Shown piece by piece: positions 11,558 to 25,075 of a DNA stretch of 64,000 nt (within the stretch, counting starts at the first letter, position 1; each line of letters starts with the position of its first letter). The notes under the pieces were generated by a model. That model was not told the origin of the DNA and made no database searches. It worked only from the letters and a program-made list of their open reading frames with translations. The position numbers and the translations under genes are program-made. The DNA is from Vermamoeba vermiformis (lineage: Eukaryota), in assembly GCA_045837725.1 (NCBI GenBank), contig JBEWZL010000253.1, positions 1 to 64,000 of the forward strand, read 5' to 3'.

Positions 11558-13800
11558 TTAAAAGAATTCAATCTGCTTCTCTGCAGGATATTCAACGGAA
11601 TAATGATATCCGATCACTTTTTCTTTGCCACCAGCGACACTCAACGTCCATTGAAGATTGTTCTTGTCATCACGAACGATGGATTTATCATTTTCTTTGA
11701 TTTCTGGTTCATGCAGCTTGACTTTGATCGATTCATCTTGCGACGTCGGACATGGTTCCGTAATTTGAATATCGATCTAAAAATAGGTTAGAAAAAACGC
11801 GGAATAATTATTTGAATTTTTTTTAACTTACAGGGATAGGCTTGGTATTCTTAATAGTAATAGATCTCTTCGTATTTTCGATTTTGCTCTTTCTAATAAT
11901 GCCAGTCTTGCCAGTGACAACTTCTTCAGGTTTAATAACCAATTTGACGCTGTCATCAACGCCCAAATAGAATTGCAAATCTTCGTCTTTGTTCGTCAAC
12001 CCGAGGCTGGATGTGGTCAAGAAACTTCCGTTCAAGAACACATTGATGCTGCCAGGCAACAACAAATAAGCCGAATTGTTCTTGCCGCTGGCTCGCATGT
12101 ACACGCTGCTTGAAAGAGATGGCACTGCTTCATGAACAATTTTCATGTCCAGATTGATCATGGCGATGCAGATCTGACGAAAAAAAAAATTCATTAGAAC
12201 TGCATAAGATAACTCGCTCTATACAAAAAAATGTCTGTCGGTCGTAATATATTTCAAATATTATCTTAATATATATTCCTGTTTAGTAGTGTTGTACTCA
12301 CTTTGTGGCCCTTGCCATCAGCAGGAACATTGCACGGTTGAGGCACGTGGAAAGTAACGCTGCCCAGCACGGACTGCTCAACAGTGGAGGTAATGATAGC
12401 AACTTCGGGCAAAGGTTCGTTCATGGAGTCATCCTCATTGTCAATGTACGCATCGTCGACGCTCATTTTCTCCTCGGATATCATTGCTCTGGCTGAGCTG
12501 TACGATGGTGCTGCTTTGCGATCACGACGTTTTTCGCGGTACACGACTGGTTGGTGGATGCGCAATCGACGCGCGCCTAATTTGGGAGGCGTACTGCCGA
12601 CAGCAGGGCGAGCAGTAGATATCGCCATCTTGACGTTGACCCAATCTTCTGATGAGTTGTTACGCACGTCGGCAAAGTACATCAATTGGCAGCTCAACGG
12701 ATCTGGCGGATTCATTGCCACGCGGATGTCGTAAGAAGTGCTGAAATTGACTTGGTTGACCAAATAAGTCACTTGAAGGACTAGTTTAGTGTCGCCAGGA
12801 GAGTAGAAAGTGATTGAAAAGTCGCGACGGGTATAAGAATGAGTGTAACCTCGATTGGTGATTTCGGCGCGGATTTGATCTCGTTCTTTGTTGAGAGCTA
12901 AAAGAAAGTATTAACCAACTGATATCATATTAATATTATATGCGTACCTTTAATTTTTTCTTTAATTTGGTGCATTTCTCCGTTCAAACGAGCCATGGTT
13001 TCACTGAAGAATTTAAAGTAGTTGGAGACTTCTTGAAGACCCATAATATTGTTCTCAGTGATGTCCTTCTTATTTTGTGATACGTCATTAAGCCACCGTT
13101 TCTCTTCCTAAGGATTAAGACCAAGATCAGAACGAGATCCATAAAAATTTAAATTTCGGATGTGAATCTGTTGTCGTACCTCTAAGCATTGCATATTAGT
13201 CGCCAAAACTTCAAGTTCCACGGGGATCTCTTCCAATCTGTTGGTTAAATCAGGAGTGACCTCTTTTGGAGGCGTAGTAATGGTTTTAGTTTCAAGACCA
13301 ACTTCGAAGATCGTTGCGTGGCCGGCACCGCCTGACATTCTAAAGCTTTGCTCGACCGCTAAATTATTACGTTAATACCATATTTTATTAAAAATATTTC
13401 AAAAAGCTTACCAGTAGTCGGGAAACCTTGGATGGTGATTTTTTGAACGCCTAAAAAAATTTAAATAATTTAGTAAATTAACGGCATACTTGGTTAATCA
13501 GATAATATGATCAGTAGTATAATTACCTTCTTTTTCAATTTTTGCGGTGACTTTGCGCGTAACTTCAGCTCGATCCGAATAAACCGTTACAAATTCAACT
13601 GGGCATTCAGTGATATCCTTTTCATGCACTATACCAGTCTGTCTGGTCATTAATTGCATAATATCGGCGACCACATTGCCAGAAGAAGATTTTCGGCTGG
13701 ATTCCTTGTCTTTCTTCTCGCGTCTTGGAGATCGATCCTTTTCTATGGAGGGAACTGTAAGGCTCGATGACGACGATGTCTTATCTGCTTTGTCTTCCAT
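11558..13800 (-). CDS. DUF4140/DUF4139 protein (mucoidy inhibitor MuiA-like / F37C4.5-like)
   Basis: VTVYSDRAEVTR (DUF4140 start); VRNNSSEDWVNVKMAISTARP, VPADGKGHKV, NNSAYLLLPGSINVFLNGSF and FYLGVDDSVK (DUF4139); ends YSVEYPAEKQIEFF*. Confidence 0.85.
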
Positions 13801-13989
13801 TGTGTTTAAGTTAGATAAAAATAATGAATAACCTTACAGTGTAACGGTAAATTTAAATTTTCAGTTCAGACAAGACAAAATTACCTACAATTATTTCGTT
13901 GAAGCAAAACGAAAAAAAAAGACTTTATTTACTAACGATTAATCTAAATATTTGTGCAACTAATTTTCTGACTCAGCCCAAATTGAGCC

Positions 13990-15721
13990 TTACTGCCTTG
14001 TTTCAAAATTCTTAACTGCAGGGTAGGCAGCCATCATTATCTCCTGAAATTAATGTTAACATCGCTTAATTATGATCGTACAACTACATACTTGATTCGC
14101 GTGAATAGCATCGCGTAATGGAGAGATTAAAGCGATTAATTCTTCGGCGACAGCAGGTTTCAACTCATCCGAAGAAATTTTCCCTATGGTATATTATAAG
14201 AACTTGCTTATCATGTTGATTATTACTTACTCTCAAATGCGCTTTCAACTTCTTTGTAAGTCCAAAAAGACTCGATAAGACCATCGCGAGTGGTCACTTG
14301 GAAGGACCGCTTTTGACTTTCTATGCGTCGGAAAATAACGTACTTCAGCATAGCAAGCATGCCATTGCCTTCTACTTCTCCCTCAATGGCATGCGCAAGC
14401 TCTAGCTTTTGACGGATGACTTCGTCAGTGTCGTCAAAGTCGATCTTCGAAAGAGGTTCGCTCGATGACATTTTTCCACTTTTACCCAAACCTGGCACGA
14501 GAGGATTCATTAAATGCATTCTAAAACATAAAAGTAATATTAATACAAAGATATAATATGATCTAAGCGAGATCCAGTTCGACAATTTTCTTACCTTCGT
14601 TTGTAACCGAGTTTTGGTAAATGTTCTCGTGCAAAAGCAAATATTTTTCGCTGATCGACACCACCGAACTGAATATCAACGCCTAAATATTCTTCGTCGA
14701 GTGCTTGGAGAATAGGGTAGAGCAATGAAGACATTAGAGGGCTAGCGACTTGTTTGACGACTGCAGCACCGGCCTAAGCATGCAACCGAAGTTAGAGCCT
14801 TATGCTAGGTACTTAAGTTAAATTTTGAAAACATCATAAACGATAAGAAAGACAAGTACATTCTGAAGCGTATCTGCCGTCGTTTTTGGGTTGATAACCA
14901 AATATACGTATTTTCAATAATAATAGCAAATATGAAGGGTTTAAAGCAATTATAGGCGTTATTTACGTGAGAGGTATGCTCAGAGGTCAATATTGCGCAC
15001 ATCCGGTATAAATCGATCGTGTATCTGTTGCGTGCTTCGTTTTTGTTCGAAATATCGGGTAATTGGTATTCAGAGCCTTTAATAAACTTCAATTTATCCA
15101 AAGGTACGCCAATAACTTTCAGCATTTCTAAATCAAGAAATGAATTTAGTCGTCTAGTTACTTTTGTAACGCGAAATAATACGGCATACCTTTAATAATG
15201 AATTGGTACCATTGGACACGAATGTTCAATTGATCCCAGTCGCTCTTCATGTTGTCGAGGAAAGCGTGCAAATCCGCGAACAAGATCGTCACCTCACAAC
15301 CAGCTGAAATATTAATTAGTTTCCTAGTAGATATTACAGGCGTTAATTACTTACCAGCCAAGAAGTCAGCAATTTTGTACATGGGAACAAAGTAGCCCAA
15401 GTGAGGTTTTCCTGTTGTTGCTGTTCCCCAGTAGATGCGAGGGTGTTCTTTTTCGAGCAAAATATTTTTCAACGCTTAGATACAATAGGTTGTTAATATA
15501 ACTGTTCAGTTTGGATTGAAATAACGCTTTTTAATATTTTAATTTTAATTTTGAAAGGGCGCCAACCTAGATGTGGCTTGGTTGTTTATGGATACGAGTA
15601 AATTATCGTGGAAAATTCATATTTTTATTTTACCTGCTGCACCATCTTCGTCTTTAGGCAAAGTTTCGCTCAGATTGCGCAAGATTATGTTGACTCTTTC
15701 GTCGATCGTGTTTTTCTCCAT
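13990..15721 (-). CDS. YARS: Tyrosyl-tRNA synthetase paralogue, short form lacking the C-terminal EMAP II-like domain
   Basis: [15 protein letters not shown] (HIGH motif), [53 protein letters not shown]; ends [13 protein letters not shown]. Confidence 0.85.
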
Positions 15722-15875
15722 AATGTCCTATGGTTGTTAATGATACTCATCATAATCAAAATGAATAGCAATTTGTGCCGTGTTGTTCTAATTTATCTAC
15801 TCAGGGAAAAATAACAGAATGTCAACAAGGCAAAAAAAGTTCAACGTTTTAACTTATTTTACATTTAAAGCGTTA

Positions 15876-18732
15876 TTATTGTTCAAGTACGCTAGTATTT
15901 TTGTCCAACAAGTCTTCCAATCCGATTGGCTCTGCAAATTCCCATTCGTTCGTCTGTTCATTGAGCCGTTCATAAACGAACAGGACTTTGCTGATACGAT
16001 TCCAAGTTATGAACCTAAATAAATATCAATGTCAATCAATTATTTTAACAAGGGTTTAAGCGTTTTAGACCCTGTTATTTGTTACAAAGAATTGAGATCT
16101 TAACACGATCGAGTGTCGAATTGTTTGATTTTAACGAAAAAAACCTATTATTGTCATAATATATATTGGGACTTACGGATGATAATGTGGGTATTCTTGA
16201 TAAAGGCGATTACAAAATGTAAGTTGAAACGTATTACGCACTTCATTTTCGCTGTCCCACGCCGCCAAGTAATCAGATAATTGAGACCAATCAACTGCGT
16301 GAGATTTCTTCCAATTTAATGGTTGACTGGCAATTCCGGTAATTCGATATCGTCGACCTTTGGTATCTTGCCTAATTTGGAAATTAAAACTTTAATAAAT
16401 GAACGAAAGTTGGTAATTCGCGTGTAATTACGCACCACTTACTTGAAATATGTATAGTGCTGAATTGGCACCATGTCAATTTGACGCTCTGCTAATTTTG
16501 AGAGGTCGACAGCGGCAATTCTTTTCTTGACAATTTTTGAGGTCGTTGTTCCTTTTGGCTGTTTTACTTCGGCAATAATAACTGGTATCTTTTGGTATAT
16601 TTTTGGTGATGTGAAATCATATACGGTCAAATTTCTAGAAAATTAAATACAAAATTAATTCAGATCCGAAAAAACGTCAGTGGTTAGCTGGATGCGAAAT
16701 ATTGTACTATTAGAATATTATAATGGCTCATCGCAGTCCCATTAGTTAAGCAGAATAATTTGCCACTTACCGGAAGTCCGTCACAATTTTTCCGTTGGGT
16801 GCCAAATGAAACGCTCCTTCAGAAATATTCTGCGCATCAGAAGTATTGAAGAACGTTTGAATTAATTCGCTAGTACGCTTGTCAAATACTGCGTAGAATG
16901 TAGATTGGGTTGATATCGCCACAATGACTTTTGATTTGTCAAACGCAACGGCTCGGATCTGGCGTAAATTTTTAATAATTTTCATTCAGAAGAAGTTTGC
17001 ACTTGTAATTTTCGTTCGTAAAATAAATTATTATAATTTTAAATATTTAAATTGAGGAAATTCAGATTACCTGGTAGTCGTCGAAGGCTTGGTACTCCTT
17101 CGGAGGCGGAATAATCTGCTTTACATTAAGCGTAGAAACTAAGTTTAAACTAGGCCAGCTGTAAAATTGTAATATTCCTTCTTGACCGAGACAACAGCCG
17201 AGCTGCAAATATCGTCAAATACGCGAAAAAAATTGGTGACACGTGTCACTTTTGACATGCCAAGTTGAACGTACCAAATTACTTTCCTTGCAATAATGAA
17301 CGCTTATTGCATACTCCGGGTCATCAAAATGTAAGTTTTCCCACTTATTCATGAAAATGTTAATAAACTTGAGTTCCATGGTGTTGGAATACGCGATGAC
17401 AGTATCTCCCTAAAGAAGCAATTCTTCTTAGTCTTATTTCTCGAATTTTCATGAAAATTAACACTTACGATGAAACCCAAGATTTTCTTTGCAGAAATTT
17501 CGAGTTGGGCAATTTTTTCGCCAGATCTCAGATCTACGACTTCAAGAAATCGTGCAATATCATACTTATTATGTCTGAGGTCGTTTGTTGTCAATACTGT
17601 CGGGCTGCCATCCATATTGACAAAAATATCGTAATAATAGAGATACAAAGGTTCAAAATGTTCGAGTGCAGGCACCGGATTTTTTCTTGCTAAAAACAAT
17701 TTCATTAGATTTACAGTGTAAAAGTATACAAAGTAAAGTTTTTCAGTTTCTTACCTATTGTACGCGTTGTCGTGCCGTCACTCACTTCAAATTTTTGCCA
17801 GTTAAAGTAATCATGATCATCGCATGCTAAGGTCCTAAGTTTGAATCCATTTGCAAATATAGTGCCATATGGAATCGGTTCTTTCACCATCGTGTTCAGA
17901 TCCAGCAAATACGCATTTTCGAAGAATTTTTCGTTATGGTTGGATCTAAAGGACGTAATTGAAAGTGTAACTATTAGAGTTTAGTACTATAGTAATGTAT
18001 TAATATAATCTTACGAGTTGAATATATGATGATTATTAATGATCACTTTGTTGCCTTCGAAGCTAGCAACGTATGAAAAAGATCGCATCTGCGGGAAATG
18101 ATACGACGATAGAGCTTCGGCCCACCAACTATTAAATATATTAATACGCATGAAAATATTATATTAGCGTATTTAGAGATATCGGACTTACATTCCTTTG
18201 GCCAAGTTTTGATCCATGAACGCGCGACGACTGAATTTTACCTTCCAATTATCATCTGACGATTCCGAAGCATCAACCATTCCATATCGTTCTATATACA
18301 AATGCTACGATAATAGTAAGTATTAATAGCCCAAAGGTGTGGATGTGACGTACTTGATAAACTTCTTGAACTGAAGATTCGTACCAAAGCTTGCACGATT
18401 GTGATGAACGAATGCAAGTCATCATATCTGCGTGTTTAAGAATATGTATGATGATTTCAGGAGGAAAGAAGCCATTTGGTGCGAAAACCGATCCTGCATC
18501 CCAACTAATTCTTGACTACAAAATTCAAAAATTTAAATTATCCGATAAATAATTTTCAAATAACAAGAGAAACATTTGAGCGATCGCGTAAATCGATAGC
18601 TTAATTTCTTTTAGAATTAATTTTGACAGATCAAGTCGTGGAAGTTCTATTTACCTCAGTGAAGGCAGTAGGCACTTCAGTATCATTTTCTCGATTACTA
18701 GTTGTGCGGAGTGACGTGGTTTGTTGCCCCAT
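15876..18732 (-). CDS. MGQ-initiated F-box / beta-propeller-like protein, paralogue 1
   Basis: MGQQTTSLR...; F-box NGFFPPEIIIHILKHADMMTCIRSSQSCKLWYES; shared family motifs WWAEALSS, IPYGTIFANGFKL, AFDKSK, LAPNGKIVT, YRITGIAS, EWEFAEP. Confidence 0.75.
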
Positions 18733-19633
18733 TGCGCATAAATCAATGAGCCGAATAAAATTACAAGTGGATCGGGCAGACGCTAAGAAAATCAAATAGG
18801 TGCCGAGCTTGAGGACTTCTTGTCCGCAGAATATTGTTGTCCCTTTTGGTGTTGGTGTTACAGGACTAATCACTGACCAATGTGCAACACAAGACCACAA
18901 AAAAACGGTCAAATTTTTTTTATTTTGATTTTATTGCTCGTACGAACAGATTCATATCCGGATATTCAATTCATTTTTTTCGAGATGATATTGTTATAGG
19001 TTAAGCTAATATTATGCGTGAAAAGGACTTGGCATTAATTAATTTACATCATAACAGCTGTACATCGGTAAGTAGATTGTTCGAAGGTTGAATAAATATT
19101 TTATGTTAATTAGAATCACCTTTGAAATTAATAACAATAATTACGAACACAAATAATTTTGTAATCCGCTTTTTTCAAACAGAATTTTCTTGCTATCCTC
19201 ATTGCACGCATTATTTGTTCGTGTAGGATTCATCAGCGACATTGTTAATAATATGAGCAATAATTGCAATGAGCCAACCGGATAAATGTAAATACACTAA
19301 CAAATCCGGCTGAAGTGATTCACTTTTAGATTTTACGCAATTTTGAAACGTTATTCGATGAATTGATCACATCCTCGTTGTTCTTCCGGAAAACGTGCGA
19401 AAAGTGTCATTAGTGTTGTTTGGGTGTTTTCCTCCGATGCGGACATAAAGTGTACGAGGATACAACCGGTCATTTCATTCAACATTTCTGAACGATAAGC
19501 CTCAAATCAAGTTAATACGTAAGTATAAAACACTATCAAGTCCATAGTATTTCTATTGTTTATTGTCAATACTAGCATTATAAACGATCAAGTTTTTTAA
19601 TCGCATCCGTTACAGATCCGGAACAATATCTCT

Positions 19634-20059
19634 ATGGGTCGTCATCTTGCTCTGCGTATACTTTTGATCATTGGCTGCGTTATTCTACTCGGCATTGGTG
19701 TTTTGACCATCGTCTATTCCATCACAGGCGAGGTCATTTTATCTCAAAGTGGATCGAGCGCCAATGTCTCCGTAGCGAATCCCGTTGGCTTAGCAGTAGG
19801 CTGCGTCGAAGTAGCTCTATTTATATTTGGTGTTTGGGGTGCTGCTAAGATTGCCAAGTTCCCGTTAGTGCTCTTCTGTGTCGTATCCATGTGCATGATT
19901 GCCCTCAACGTCGTTGCTTTGGTCTTATACCTTGTGGCTTATTCAAATAGCTACGTCGTATTAGATTTTATATGGTACATTCTCGGCATTGCATTTTTGT
20001 TGCTGCTGTTCATCTTCGCGGTCATCTTATCGAAGAAACACCGCGGATGCTGCTGTTAA
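19634..20059 (+). CDS. Small four-TM protein, tetraspanin-like, ending in CCC
   Basis: Intact 141-aa ORF with four hydrophobic segments, FGVWGA at the end of TM2, and C-terminal KKHRGCCC. Confidence 0.7.
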   Translation: MGRHLALRILLIIGCVILLGIGVLTIVYSITGEVILSQSGSSANVSVANPVGLAVGCVEVALFIFGVWGAAKIAKFPLVLFCVVSMCMIALNVVALVLYLVAYSNSYVVLDFIWYILGIAFLLLLFIFAVILSKKHRGCCC

Positions 20060-20349
20060 ACTCGAATTCGAAGAAACCAATGTACATAGTATTATAATAA
20101 ATACCCGATATTAATAATATCTTGGTAGATTACGTATCAGAAAGATTTTCACCGAGATCTCGTTGCCACATTTCGAACTCTCGGCAAGGGTGAATCCCAA
20201 TCGTGCTTCGAGAAGATAATTCAGCAATACGAAATGAATCCTAATTAATGTGGTGCAATTCTTTAAGTTTGCCAGGATCAGCCGATTTTTGTTTATTATT
20301 ACGAATACATTTTATTTTACAACAGTAACTTTATTATAGCAACATTAGC

Positions 20350-21774
20350 TTATCTTTCTTTGCGTGACTCTTCAAAACTATACTCAAAGCCAAATATTTT
20401 AGCAGACGTTGCCGAGATTGTGCCGCAGATCTCATCGGGAATTATTATTGCCAAACACCAGTTTTTGCAAACAAGTCTCAGTTCTAGTTTCGCATGTGGG
20501 CCACTAACAAAGCGAGATATATACTTAATTATATCTTGTAATTGGAGTGCGGGTAGGACTTGTCGCTGAATGACAGATTCGCACATCTGCGAACTTTTCA
20601 GTGACCACAAAGGCTTTGGTGCTTTTGACGAGTATACTTTGACCAATTTAATCTTCAAATTCCCAGAATTAGCTGCAAATAATGTAAAAGTACCGCCAAA
20701 CCTTGCTTTTTCTTCTAGAGGACTAAGATCGAATGCTTGGTACTCGTGCTTGATCTCCCAAAATCCATTTTTCTTAATAGTCAAGTACCGATATGAAATA
20801 TCAACGTCGAAGTCGTTGCGTTCTCCTGTCTCCCAATCAGCCCAACTCTCAATTCTTTTGCAAGCACGATAAGTTAAAGTGCGCTGATCCACGTCACCAA
20901 AGTGTTTGATCCATAACGCATTATCGACTGGTGCTACGACAGACGTTGTAAAAATCTTAGCATATGATACATTAAGGTTCATAATAGTCATTTTGTATTC
21001 ATATTGTGCTTCAGGAATCAACGGAAAGTCTTCGACAACTTGATCTAGATCCACCGATTTTACGACAATCTCTTTGCCATAATTTTCGTTATCAGCTGGT
21101 GCTATTAATTTCAATGTCGATTTGTATTGAGTATTATAGAAATGGTTTGGATTGAAATGGATGGAAAATGTTTTGTTGATCAATTTTTCCAGATCGATAT
21201 TTGCCTCCGATTCTATAACGAAACTCTTCCACATACATGTGATATCCGTAATAGGACTATATATAGCATCAATAGGTTCGTGATTATTGAGCTTGTAATA
21301 GACTTGACATTCGTAGATCTCGTCCGAACTGTCGAATGTAATTAGCGTCCCTTCAATCCATTTGTCTGTGCCTTTTTTGCGATATCTTCCATAATAAGGC
21401 ATATCTAACTCTTCTGAAGGTGAAATTTCGACGGTTGTAATCGAACGGAATTTTTTGATCGGATTTCGAAGTTCTTTGGGCCAGCCAGTAATTATGCAAC
21501 TGATTTTAAAATATTGTTTTGGGTCGCTGCAGCCACCAGTAATGTTAAAGCTACTAAAGTTAGCGAAATCGTCCGTCTTGATTATTAACGGCAGTTGGTG
21601 AGCCAATCCAGATTGGTCGTGCAGAATGAATGGTTCGTGATTGCTAGTGATATGCGGTGCTTCACAAGTTATAACTAATACACCATTATTTTTGGCACTG
21701 GACGGAAGCTGAACTGAAAAGGAGTTTGTTCCAGCGTTGCACATCCAACTCGATCCAATATTTCTGTGCCACAT
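20350..21774 (-). CDS. Uncharacterised beta-rich protein with a C-terminal F-box-like segment
   Basis: 474-aa ORF; C-terminal LPALQLQDIIKYISRFV...LELRLVCKNW resembles an F-box; LIPEAQYEYKM is FN3-like. Confidence 0.6.
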   Translation of the reverse strand: MWHRNIGSSWMCNAGTNSFSVQLPSSAKNNGVLVITCEAPHITSNHEPFILHDQSGLAHQLPLIIKTDDFANFSSFNITGGCSDPKQYFKISCIITGWPKELRNPIKKFRSITTVEISPSEELDMPYYGRYRKKGTDKWIEGTLITFDSSDEIYECQVYYKLNNHEPIDAIYSPITDITCMWKSFVIESEANIDLEKLINKTFSIHFNPNHFYNTQYKSTLKLIAPADNENYGKEIVVKSVDLDQVVEDFPLIPEAQYEYKMTIMNLNVSYAKIFTTSVVAPVDNALWIKHFGDVDQRTLTYRACKRIESWADWETGERNDFDVDISYRYLTIKKNGFWEIKHEYQAFDLSPLEEKARFGGTFTLFAANSGNLKIKLVKVYSSKAPKPLWSLKSSQMCESVIQRQVLPALQLQDIIKYISRFVSGPHAKLELRLVCKNWCLAIIIPDEICGTISATSAKIFGFEYSFEESRKER

Positions 21775-22045
21775 ATCTGTAAAATTAAATAAATATTGTT
21801 ATTATAATTAACGAATCTCAAACAGAAATTACTCAAAAGCAAATCTTACCGTACGAGCTCTAAGTCTTTCGTTGTTAGCCTGGAGCTTCCGTCGTGCCTT
21901 CTTCTTTAATAAATTCAAATGTACTGTTTTACAGGAAGAAGAGGCATTAATTCATGTTGTGGTTTTCTTTGCAAGCAAACGGAATCAAAGAGCAAGACCG
22001 TTTTTTTCATTTTATTTAAAATCAGGCCCTCAATCAACAACTGAA

Positions 22046-24816
22046 ATGGGGCAAAAACAAGTGATCAATGCTGAAGCTTCACAAAAAAATGACGCCATTA
22101 AAGTTCCTAGCTTTATAGAGGTAACGCAACGTTCAGATGTCTTGATCGGAAATTTTAATAACCAACAAATTTATTTATTGGCATAAAAGGGCTATTTACG
22201 TATATACATCTTATTTTATATTAGCTTAATAACGTAATAATAATTTTTCAATTCAATTAGGCGCAGATTTCGTTAGATGACGAATCCGTTATTAGGCCAA
22301 ACGGCTACTTTCCACCTGAAATTATAGTGCTTGTTCTCAAATACGCTGATTTTGCAACTTGCGTGCGTTCTTCGCAATCTTGCAAACTTTGGTATGAATC
22401 GATACGGGATGTCTTTAGAGTACGTTACATCCGGAATGCTTTGGCTTGGAAATTATATTAAGCCATTATTTTTTATATAGACTATGTATATATCACGATA
22501 CGGATCATTAGAATCGTTGGAAGATAATTGGAAAGTAAATTTTTATCGTCGAACATTGATGGATCAAAATTTGGCCAAAGGAAGGTTCGTAAATGTCTCT
22601 ATTTCCATAATAATATATACTTATTAATATGCTTATATGTGCAGTTGGTGGGCTGAAGCTCTATCGTCATTTCACTATCCAAAATGGGACACGTTTTCAT
22701 ATGTCGCTAGTTTTGAAGGCAACAAATTGATCTTTAATAATCATCATATTCACATAACGTAAGTAATTTTGCGAAATTTCATTATTTTGGTTCTTGCAAA
22801 TTTGCTCATTTCAACCGTTCTTGTCAATTGGATCTGGATCTCACGTTACATCCAGATCCATTGGTTTTTACCAATTTTTCCCCAATTTATTAACCTGATA
22901 TTTCATATTAATATTTACATAATAACTTAGGTCCTATTCGGATTCAAAGTTCTTCGAATCAGCGTATGAATTGGATCTCGAAACGATGAATCGCGTAGCA
23001 ATACCGTACGGCACAATATTTGCCAACGGATTCAAAATTAGAACGTTGATTAGAAATGACTATGAAGACTTTGATTGGAAAGAATATGAAGTTGAAGATG
23101 GCACCACGACACGTACGATAAGTAAGTATTTTCAGTGAAAAATTTTATACTTTTGTATACTTTTTCTAATTTTACCAAATATAGAACGAAAATTTGAGCC
23201 GCCACCAGCAACGGAATATTGGCGCCGAACTCAATATCGACTTTTTGTCAATAAAGACGGAAGTCCGACAGTATTGACAGTAAATGAGTTCCGTCAGTAC
23301 GTATCTATATACTAAACATGTCATAATAACAATAATAATAATTATTAATTAAGAAATTATCACATGGAAGGCTATACGCGTCACGGTGAAGTGGTGGATC
23401 TGCGAACCGGAGAAATCATTGCCGAGCCTAAATTTGAGGCTGATCAAATAATAGCCTTTTTAGTAAGTTAAACATTTTCCTTATTAGGCAATCTTATTGA
23501 CAAGTTTGCCTTTTTAGGGCGATACCATTATAGCGGCTTTTCCCGACGGACTATTTTTCGCGAACATTTATACCAACGAACGAATGCCATTGGACCCCGC
23601 TGATACCAAATGCATTTATTATTGCAAAGAAACTCATACGGTAAGTTTAATAGTACATTTATTGGCCCTATAAAAATTTGCTCAGATCGCCCTCAAATTT
23701 GATCAAATATGCGATTTTACCAAATATGGCCATAATACGTTAGCTAAAAAAATTGAAAATTATGATTGTTTATGGCGATAAACTAGAGAGAAAATTTACA
23801 GGTAAAGTACTACAATATCATAATATATTAAATAATAGTAATATCATTATAATGATCAAACGACATTTCAATTTTATCTTTTTTTTCCCGCGCGAGTTAG
23901 TGGATCTGACCCGTTGGCTCGGTTTTCTAACATCATTCAAACTTCTTATAGTAACCTAACCGTATACGACTTCGCATCTCCAATGATCTACAAGCAAATT
24001 CCAATTATTTACACTGAAGCCAATTCATCAGAAGTGACCAAGATCTGGGTCCCCGCAACATCGCTCGCGAAGTACGTGGCAGGGAAACTTGGCGTAGGAT
24101 TGCCTAGCATTCAACACGTCACATTTTTTGGGTACGTATATGGGCATTACTGTCCTTTTAAAATTACTTTTCTCTTAAACATTACTTTTTCGTATTTGAG
24201 AAATTTGGTCCGCAGTTGGATCTTGCCTTTGTTCGGTGTATTCTTTTTTGTCCGTCTCTTATTACATTATGTACATAACATGCAAATAATAAGCAATTTT
24301 ATGGCAATTTATAATAATGTAAATAATTTTTATTCAAAACAATAGCACGATTCCGATCAGATCTGGATATTATTTTTGACGGGCTCAAACAAACATTTAT
24401 TAATTGTTTAATAATAGAAAAACCAAGACTGGGCAGCAATATCGCATTACAGGCATTGGAAGTCACGGCAATGACCGCGATGACTGGGACCAATGGCGTT
24501 CGATCGATTGGAAGGATTTGTCGCTGTATTTGTCCGCGTGGAGGACTGAAAGTGAAGTTAGAAATACATTCCAAATGACTCTAAGCAATTATCCCTATCC
24601 GATTGATGCAGTAGGCAGATTGTAAGTACCCCATCCGAATCCAAACTTTTTTCTCAAAACTAATTGATTTAATGTAGTGATATTACATGGAATCGTCTTC
24701 GCAAAGTTATGCTTGTGTATGAAAGATTTAACGAAGAGACAAAAGAATGGGAATTTGTTGAGCCAATCGGACTCGAGGAACTCTCTTTTGAGAAAAATGC
24801 CGATGATGACGAGTAA
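22046..24816 (+). CDS. MGQ-initiated F-box / propeller protein, paralogue 2 (two internal exons apparently missing; may be a pseudogene)
   Basis: MGQKQVINAE...; F-box NGYFPPEIIVLVLKYADFATCVRSSQSCKLWYES; same family motifs; the AFDKSK/APNGK exons are absent between 23641 and 23950; ends NADDDE*. Confidence 0.65.
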
Positions 24817-25075
24817 AACTGACCAGCGATTTCGATTACTTAGCGATTCATTTGTAACTTAGTTGTAGAATAAACAGTTGTGTGGCTTGTTCAAGCTGAC
24901 AGCATTGACCGAACTAAGCTCCATTTGCTAATCAGCAAAGATTAGCATCATTCCAGGTATAATTTGAAATTTAATAATAATGTACGTTGACTATTAGGAC
25001 AAACATGTTTTAATTCGTTGAAAAAATTTGACCCTTTGCATCCAACAGTTAAAGTGCCGTTGAGCCAGTAAACCA

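Noticed and set aside
21872-22186. 104-aa ORF as a standalone gene
   Set aside because: It starts at a non-ATG codon and overlaps the first exon (MGQKQ...) and intron of MGQ F-box paralogue 2.
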